DNA of 64,000 bases, taken from positions 62,001 to 126,000 of the forward strand of contig NIVC01001147.1 of the NCBI GenBank assembly GCA_002269645.1, in the 5' to 3' direction. Origin of the DNA: Macrostomum lignano (Eukaryota). Positions 56,401 to 64,000 of the stretch are shown in pieces. The number at the start of each line of letters is the position of its first letter. Within the stretch, counting starts at the first letter, position 1. The notes under the pieces are model-generated. The model was not told the DNA's origin. It was given only the letters and a program-made list of their open reading frames with translations, and did no database searches. The translations under genes were made by a program, and so were the position numbers.

Positions 56401-59400
56401 TAGGGTGAGAAATTCAAGGACAGCGAGTTGCTTTGCTGGACGGAAGTATCCTGCTCTCCTGGGCCCGTGTAATAGTTGGACTCAGACCTCTCCCCTGTCT
56501 CCCCCCCCGCTCAAACGGATCCCAGCTGGGGGATTTAGGGAAAGTTTTTCCAAAGCTTTCACCTCGACCCCTTCCAACTGGGAGCGCTCCTGCCTGACGC
56601 TGAGATGGAGCAGTGGGTCCGCGAGCTGCTTCCTGCCGAGCAGAAACTTCTCCCAATAGGTTTCCCATTCAATGCAAAAGGTCATTTGCGGGGGGAAAGT
56701 GCAGCGGTGAGTGGCCCACTGTCAATATTTCCTTTTGGCCGAGATGAGGCTAAATGGGGCATTTTAGGCAGAAATCATGGGGCATTTCAGGCAGAAATCA
56801 TGATGTATGAGACAGCATTCATGGGGTATTTGACGCAGAAATCATGGGGTATTTCAGGCAGAAATCATGGAGTATTTGAACCAGAAATTATGGAGTATTT
56901 GAGCCAGAAATCATGGAGTTTTTTAGCCAGAAATCATGGAGAAATCATGGGGTATTTTAGCCAGAAATCATGGGGTATCTGAGCCAGAAATAATGGAGTA
57001 TTTGAGCCAGAAATCATGGAGTATTTGAGCCAGAAATCATGGAGTTTTTTAGCCAGTAATCATGGATAAATCATGGAGTATTTGAGGCAGAAATCATGGG
57101 GTATTTGAGCCAGAAATCATGGGGTATCTGAGCCAGAAATCATGAAGAAATCATGGGTATTTGTTTTAGAAATCATAGAGAAATCATGGGGTATCTAAGG
57201 CAGAAATCATGGAGCATTTTAGCCAGAAATCATAGAGAAATCATGGTTATTTGAGGCAGAACTCATCGAGTATTTGAGCCAGAAATCATGGAGTATTTGA
57301 GGCAGAACTCATGTAGTATTTGAGCCAGAAATCATGGAGTATTTAAAGCAGAACTCATGTAGTATTTGAGCCAGAAATCATGGAGTATTTGAGGCAGAAC
57401 TCATGTAGTATTAGAGCCAGAAATCATGGAAAAATCATGGAGTATTTGAGCCAGAAATCATGGACTATTTGAGCCAGAAATCATAGAGAAATCATGGGGT
57501 ATTTTAGGCAGAAATCATGGAGAAATCATGGGTATTTGAGCCAGAAATCATGGAGTATTTGAGCCAGAAATCATGGACTATTTGAGCCAGAAATCATGGA
57601 GAAATCATGGAGTATTTGAGGTAGAAATCATAGAGAAATCATGGGGTATTTTAGGCAGAAATCATGGAGAAATCATGGGTATTTGAGCCAGAAATCATGG
57701 AGTATTTGAGCCAGAAATCATGGACTATTTGAGCCAGAAATCATGGAGAAATCATGGAGTATTTGAGGTAGAAATCATAGAGAAATCATGGGGTATTTTA
57801 GGCAGAAATCATGGAGAAATCATGGGTATTTGAGCCAGAAATCATGGAGTATTTGAGGCAGAAATCATGGAGCATTTAAGCCAGAAATCATAGAGAAATC
57901 ATGGGGTATTCGAGGCAGAAATCATGGAGTATTTGAGGCAAAAATTGGGCTTTATCTCTGAGAGAAATCGTAGAGCATTTAATGCAGACACAAAACGGGT
58001 ACAATAAGGCGGACCCATCGGGGTATTTTGGGGCAGGCAACAGTTGAGAATGCTTCTCTGTTCCGCTCTCCCACAGCAAGGATACACCTGTGGTAGAACT
58101 GCTCAGAGCGTATTGATCAACCTATGAAGTATTAAGCGAGTTGAAACTGGCTGTGGTTTGGAAAGCAAAGTGAGTTTAAATAGAGAAGATAGGCAAAGGT
58201 ACTGCTGCTGCTGCTGCTGCTGTTGCTGCTAAAAGTGCTACAAGATACGATCGTCAGTTGGTTATTTGAGAGGCTGGCACACAGAGCCAGAGAAACAAAA
58301 AGGAGTTAAACTGTGATCGCTACACTCGCACAGTTTTCTAAATAGTGCCAGACTTAGAGGATAGGTGAGAATAACCAGAATCATCACATCGTATCTTAAA
58401 TCGTATGTTTTAACAATTATTTTATTATTGCAATATTAATACCGGTAGTACAGATCCTTACAAATGGATACATGTAGGGAAAATGACAAGAGAGACGGGT
58501 AGAGATGGAGAGTGAGAAATGCATAGGTAAGGTGATATTATACGAGAGAGACAATGAAGACAGATGAAGGAAAGGACAAGAAAGAGTTTAAGAAAGGGAG
58601 GGAGGGAGGGAGGAAGAGAGGGAGAGAGGAGGAAGAGAGGGAGAGAGGAGGAAGAGAGGGAGAGAGGGAGGGAGAGAAGGAGAGAAGGAGGAATAAAGAT
58701 GAAGAGGGAGGGAGGAAGGGAGAGAGGGAGGGAGGGTTAGGGTTAGGGAGGGAGAGAGGGAGGGAGGGAGGGTTAGGGTTAGGGAGGGAGAGAGGGAGGG
58801 AGGGTTAGGGTTAGGGAGGGAGAGAGGGAGGGAGGGTTAGGGTTAGGGAGGATGAGAGGGAGCCGGGAGGGAGGGTTAGGGTTAGGGAGGGAGAGAGGGA
58901 GGGAGGGTTAGGGTTAGGGAGGGAGAGAGGGAGGGAGGGTTAGGGTTAGGGAGGGAGAGAGGGAGGGAGAGTTAGGGTTAGGGAGGGAGAGAGAGGGAGG
59001 GTTAGGGTTAGGGAGGGAGAGAGGGAGGGAGGGAGAGAGGGAGGGAGGGTTAGGGTTAGGGAGGGAGAGAGGGAGGGAGGGTTAGGGTTAGGGAGGATGA
59101 GAGGGAGCCGGGAGGGAGGGTTAGGGTTAGGGAGGGAGAGAGGGGGGAGGGTTAGGGTTAGGGAGGGAGAGAGGGAGGGAGGGTTAGGGTTAGGGAGGGA
59201 GAGAGGGAGGGAGAGTTAGGGTTAGGGAGGGAGAGAGAGGGAGGGTTAGGGTTAGGGAGGGAGAGAGGGGTAGAGCGAGAAGGGGAAAATGTCACTGGGA
59301 CACCAAAACGACCCAAAGCGACTCAAAATGATTGATGATTTTCAACGTGTGCTGAGAGGTTTAGCAGACTCATTGGTATGAATGTTTATCTTGTAAAAAT

Positions 59401-62400
59401 GTACAATTTAAGCGGATGAAATTCTGCACAATGTTAGCTGATAGTAGAGAGGGCACAGCAAATAATTCAACTCGCGTTAATGAGCCTGTTTGGTTGTTCT
59501 ACATTTTTTTGCTTTCAGCTAGCGTGAACTCGGCAGACTTGGCTAACTGAGAGCTGCCATTATTGCTGGCATCCGGTATGCCGGTTTGAAAGTTTTTTCT
59601 AGTTTAAAAAAACCTCGCATTGATCTCAACATGGATTTTCTTCCCAACAAGTGTTGGCAGAATTTTTATTTCATCCACATCGATGCGAAACTTGAACGTC
59701 AAAAATTGAGGCAACTTCCGGGTTTGCTGGTATTTTCGATCACAGGGTTGGGATAGAGATTAGGAACTTTACTAACTATACACTGGCTCACTGAGGCAAC
59801 AATCAACTTAATGGTCTAAATTTTTTTCGCAAACAATTTTTATCTGTTCAAATTTTTTTACTTGTGTTGGAAGTTGTTCACAGAGCTGGTATAGAATCGA
59901 TGCATGATTTAATACGTTCGAGTCAGTCTATTTGGTTAGTTAAAATACGAGCGTACTTAGTCTTCCGTCTTTTTTGTTGTTTTAATCTTAAACTCATTTT
60001 GTTGTTGAATTTGCTGAACCCCTAAAGCTGAGGTGGAGGGTTCGATCGGTCCCCCGGACCCCTGCCTGCGTACATTTAGGGGGGGGTTTGATCATGACAC
60101 TTTACAGTAGGGGTGGGTTCGGCCGATCAGGAAAAGGGTTTTCTAAAAAAGGCATGGAACCGCGTACAATCGCACAGGCGGGGTCGCCTGAAATGGGGTG
60201 GTGGTTGATATGGCTCTTGTGTACATAGGACGACAGGAATCGTGTACATTTAGAGTTTGGGTCGCGGTCGATTAAGTGGGTTGTTTTTATCGTAAATTAT
60301 AAATAAATGTAGAATTAAAAGTCTGATTAAAGGTTAAATAGAAGCGTAACGGTCGCGTATTTCTAAGCATAACGAATCAATTTGTCATCCAGATGAGGTT
60401 TGACAGAGCCGGTACGGCAAATTAATTAAGCACGGGGAGATTCGTGGTTTAACTATTGGTGAAACAAAGCGCGACAGTCAATCAATTGCGTGGTAATGCA
60501 TCGTCCCACTCTCTCAGTGACTTGCAGTGACACAATTAAACACACTTAGCCATTGTGAAACGACAGATGAGTGCTAGCTACTCTATTTGCCTCTACTCGC
60601 TGTGCCAAATTGACAACCAGCCATGCTCCATTACAGTTTTATGCTTTATGATTCAGTTCTATAGATTTACTTCTGAAGTATAATACAGATAAGAAAAGTA
60701 CTCTTTTGCGAAAAGCATTAAATTTTCATTGGGGCGAAGCTGCTCAACGGTACATGCGTCTGACTCTCGCGTCACGACCCCGCGGTTCGATTTCGATTTC
60801 GATTGCCACATTAATTTGGTGCTTTGCACGAAAAATTGGCTCGGGGGTTGTCAGTTGCCACGCGATCCACGCATTTTCATGAGGGTCATTCTCAAGGCAC
60901 AGGGAGTTTATTGTACATGCCTGACGATTAGAAAGCCAGGGCCGGAACGGGCAGATTCTTAACGATTTGCTCTCATCGCAAGAATTTACCTGTCAACCGT
61001 CTGCAGACAGGCTGGCTCTGTCTCAAATGTCAGCGCGCCTCGACTGAGAAGCCTCCAGCGTCTCAGGTGGCTGAACAGCGGCTCTCTTCGCAAAGGCAGT
61101 CGCAGCAGCAGCAACAGCAAAAGCAGCAGCAGCAGCAGTCGCAACAGCCAGCTTCCAATGCTCGCGCTCGACGCTCGATGGACGCGATATCTAATGTTAC
61201 TCCCCAACAGTCTGCAGTGTTGCCATCAGCTTCTATGACGACGACAAACAAGACAGACAAGACTAGGCAGCAGCCAACCCCGCAGCAGCAGCAACAGAAG
61301 CACCAGCAGCACCAGCAGCAACAGCAACAGAAAGCGTCTGGAAAAACACTCTCCGTCGTAACTGCCTCTGGGGGCGGCGCTGGAGGTCGTCGATCAACTT
61401 CTTCACTGTCTGAGCGCAGCGGTGGAAGCCGGGCCGAACAAAGGCGTCGGATATCGCAGCCACCGCCGCAGCTGCAGGACAGGTGCGAACCGGGACTTGA
61501 CTCCTAATGTCTGAGATTGGCTGCGGTAGCTTCTTTTAAGGATTGAGTTTTCGATTCTCTGGTAGACTCAATCTGGAAGATCGAGAGTGTCTCTGAGATT
61601 GAGATTGGATTGAGAATGTCATTGGCAGAGAGTGTCTCTGGTAGAGAGTCTTGGATTGAGAATGTCATTGGCAGAGAGTGTCTCTGGTAGAGAGTCTTGG
61701 ATTGAGAATGTCTTTTACAAAGAGGTGTCTCTGGTAGAGTGTCACTTGATTTAGAGGAACTTTAGTAGAGTTTTTCTGAGGTATGCAAGTTGTGTCTCTA
61801 GGTAGCCTCATCGCCCTTTTGGTAGTTTCTTCCGTATTCTGGTTATTTACGAGGCATTGTAAAGGTTCGTAATTGCGCAAGCTTTTCTCCGTCTGTCAAG
61901 CGATAGACTTCATAGACAGATTAATGAGGCATGTAGTCTTTGATTAATGCTATATTTTAATAGCAATTGTCCTCCTCAGCTAGGATCCTGACCGAGTTTT
62001 AATTGACAGACGGCGTTGGGTGCTTTAATATGCATTTAATATAAAAAAACGCTAACATTTCTACTCGCAGTAGAGCAAAGAGTCTCGATTTTCATTCTGT
62101 GTTAAATGCAACTGTTTAAGCGGCCACTCTCCTCCGCACACATCTATCCAGTCAGCACTCGTTGAACGAGCCAGATCCGGTCCCGGGTTCGATTCCGACA
62201 AACGACGATGAAGCCGAAACGCCAACTGGAGCTCCGCCTCAGCTAGTGCAGCAGCCGTCGTTGTCCTCGATGTCAACAACGATGCAGTCCCGCGGCCGCA
62301 GCCACCGTCAGCAGTATCAGCTCGATCAGCGGCAGCAGCAGCAGGACTATCGCAGGCACAGCAGCAGCAGCCGTGGCCAGCGAGATCCGTACCGCGAGGT

Positions 62401-62893
62401 CAGCAGACGGGCGAGCAGCTACCATCAGCACCAGCAGCAGCTTCAGAGGCTGTCAGCCGATCCAGACAGACGCGGCGGTCGCTACTACAGCGCCGGCGTT
62501 GTCGGATCCAGAGAGCTGCAAGGCGGAGGTCGCTACAGCGGCGACCTCGGCGGTTCGTCAAGTAGGCGGCACAGCTCGTTGAGCTCCGAACCTGGAGGCC
62601 GCTACCGATCTTACCAGCAGCAGCACCAGCACCAGCGCCAGCACCGGTCCAGCCTGAGCTCCAGCGAGGAGGACGAACAACAACAACAACAGCTGATGAA
62701 TAGCTACGGCTGGGACGATTCCGGCTTCGACACGTTTAGCGAGATTGGTTTGTAGCTTTAATAACTGAACTGCATAACTGAAACCGAATCCTCTGATCAA
62801 TTAGTTTCTTATTGAAGTTTATCTGGTTTCATTTTAGGTCAGGACCGGCGACATCCGGCGGCTATTGACGCCAAAGTGAAAAGCTTTCTTTCG
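53495..62893 (+). CDS. RIMS: RIM/unc-10-family presynaptic active-zone scaffold, 5' part
   Basis: Phase-consistent exons: 53495-53881, 61007-61482, 62152-62747, 62838-62893. The zinc finger is split across intron 1: CQVC...CHRCRQTVCADC...|TGWLCLKCQR (RIM/Piccolo type). A long Q/S/R-rich linker follows. The last visible exon ends AIDAKVKSFLS|gtaagt, matching the KxKxFL(S/A) segment that I recall preceding HPVTWQPS and the PDZ domain in RIM/UNC-10. The gene continues beyond the window. Confidence 0.7.
54287..54420 (-). mobile_element. Partial copy of the 11047-11416 SINE family
   Basis: Shares CACACAGG-GTGTACAGCGGCCCT-ACT...ATCGT-AGGCATGTACACT and flanking sequence with 11130-11275. Confidence 0.75.
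54791..55618. mobile_element. Non-autonomous hAT-like DNA transposon (MITE) in RIM intron 1
   Basis: TIRs TAGAGATGCCAA and TTGGCATCCCTA. 8-bp TSD GTCGCGAC at 54783-54790 and 55619-55626. Clustered subterminal AAAACCGG(TT) motifs at both ends. Confidence 0.85.
56750..57945. repeat. 23-bp degenerate minisatellite (GCCAGAAATCATGGAGTATTTGA)
   Basis: Read directly from the sequence. Confidence 0.93.
58560..59270. repeat. GA-rich satellite with embedded (TTAGGG)2; ~32-bp unit from ~58735
   Basis: Unit GGGTTAGGGTTAGGGAGGGAGAGAGGGAGGGA. Confidence 0.92.
60729..60955 (+). mobile_element. Third, diverged copy of the tRNA-derived SINE family
   Basis: tRNA-like head (GCTGCTCAACGG...GGTTCGATT), then CACATTAATTTGG and TGTACATGCCTGACGATTAGAAAGCCAGGGCCG, shared with the other two copies. 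Confidence 0.65.
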
Positions 62894-62924
62894 GTAAGTT
62901 CTGCTGCTTGTACCTGCTACTTCA

Positions 62925-64000
62925 ATGATCCACTCCTGTTGCTGATAAAATGGAGTGACCACCACCACCCCTGTTGCTGATAAAATGGAGTGACCACCAC
63001 CACCCCTGTTGCTGATAAAATGGAGTGACCACCACCATCCCTGTTGCTGATAAAATGGAGTGACCACCACCACCCCTGTTGCTGATAAAATGGAGTGACC
63101 ACCACCATCCCTGTTGCTGATAAAATGGAGTGACCACCACCACCCCCAGCCGCTGATTAAATGGGGTAGCCACCCCTGCTGCTGATATAATAAACTGGGG
63201 CCACCACCGCTGCTGCTGATAAAATTGGGTAGCCACCCCTGCTGCTGATATAATAAACTGGGGCCACCACCCCTGTTGCTGATAAAATGGAGTGACCACC
63301 ACCACCCCTGCTGCTGATAAAATGGAGTGACCACCACCACCCCTGCTGCTGATAAAATGGAGTCACCACCACCACCCCTGTTGCTGATAAAATGGAGTCA
63401 CCACCACCACCCCTGCTGCTGATAAAATGGAGTCACCACCACCACCCCTGTTGCTGATAAAATGGAGTCACCACCACCACCCCTGTTGCTGATAAAATGG
63501 AGTGACCACCACCACCCCTGTTGCTGATAAAATGGAGTGACCACCACCACCCCTGTTGCTGATAAAATGGAGTGACCACCACCACCCCTGTTGCTGATAA
63601 AATGTAGTCACCACCACCACCCCTGTTGCTGATAAAATGGAGTGACCACCACCACCCCTGTTGCTGATAAAATGGAGTGACCACCACCACCCCTGCTGCT
63701 GATAAAATGGAGTGACCACCACCACCCCTGTTGCTGATAAAATGGAGTGACCACCCCTGCTGCTGATAAAATGGAGTGACCACCACCACCCCCAGCCGCT
63801 GATAAAATGGAGTCACCACCACCACCCCCAGCCGCTGATAAAATGGAGTCACCACCACCACCCCCAGCCGCTGATAAAATGGAGTCACCACCACCACCCC
63901 TGCTGCTGATAAAATGGAGTCACCACCACCACCCCTGTTGCTGATAAAATGGAGTGACCACCACCACCCCTGCTGCTGATAAAATGTAGACACCACCCCT
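62925..64000. repeat. 35-bp minisatellite (CCACCACCCCTGTTGCTGATAAAATGGAGTGACCA), RIM intron
   Basis: Continues to the end of the window. Confidence 0.95.

Noticed and set aside
58735-59255. True chromosome end
   Set aside because: TTAGGG occurs only as dimers inside a composite unit, with unique sequence and exons on both sides.
62071-62151. Upstream acceptor (TCGCAG at 62070) for RIM exon 3
   Set aside because: It introduces an in-frame TAA at ~62117; the acceptor at 62151 keeps phase and frame.

Overview
Animal nuclear genomic DNA with GC-rich spliceosomal exons separated by introns that are mostly filled with minisatellites. This organisation resembles the free-living flatworm Macrostomum; the species is my inference. 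All gene models below were assembled by hand from GT/AG sites and checked for intron phase. (1) Two exons of a divergent class-A-like GPCR on the minus strand, running off the left edge. (2) A 14-exon, ~25 kb plus-strand gene (11606-36419) for a ~2,700-aa protein: B-box-like zinc finger, coiled coil, NHL-like beta-propeller, cellular RNA-dependent RNA polymerase with intact DLDGD, ~700 aa of uncharacterised sequence, a UPF1/ZNFX1-type SF1 helicase with degenerate motifs, and a 12-aa RGG-repeat tail. The RdRP-helicase junction is ambiguous because an in-frame TGA lies just upstream of the best splice donor. This gene is the main candidate for an undescribed small-RNA amplification system. (3) A complete 6-exon 4-coumarate-CoA-ligase/luciferase-like acyl-CoA synthetase; its exon 4 is flanked by mutually complementary minisatellites. 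(4) The first four exons of a RIM/unc-10-family active-zone gene, running off the right edge. Mobile DNA includes a LINE ORF2 fragment, a Merlin-like MITE and a hAT-like MITE (both with 8-bp TSDs), a tRNA-derived SINE family in three copies, and a CORE-type SINE. Most long ORFs in the supplied track are translations of tandem repeats. No CRISPR array, rRNA gene or true tRNA gene was found.
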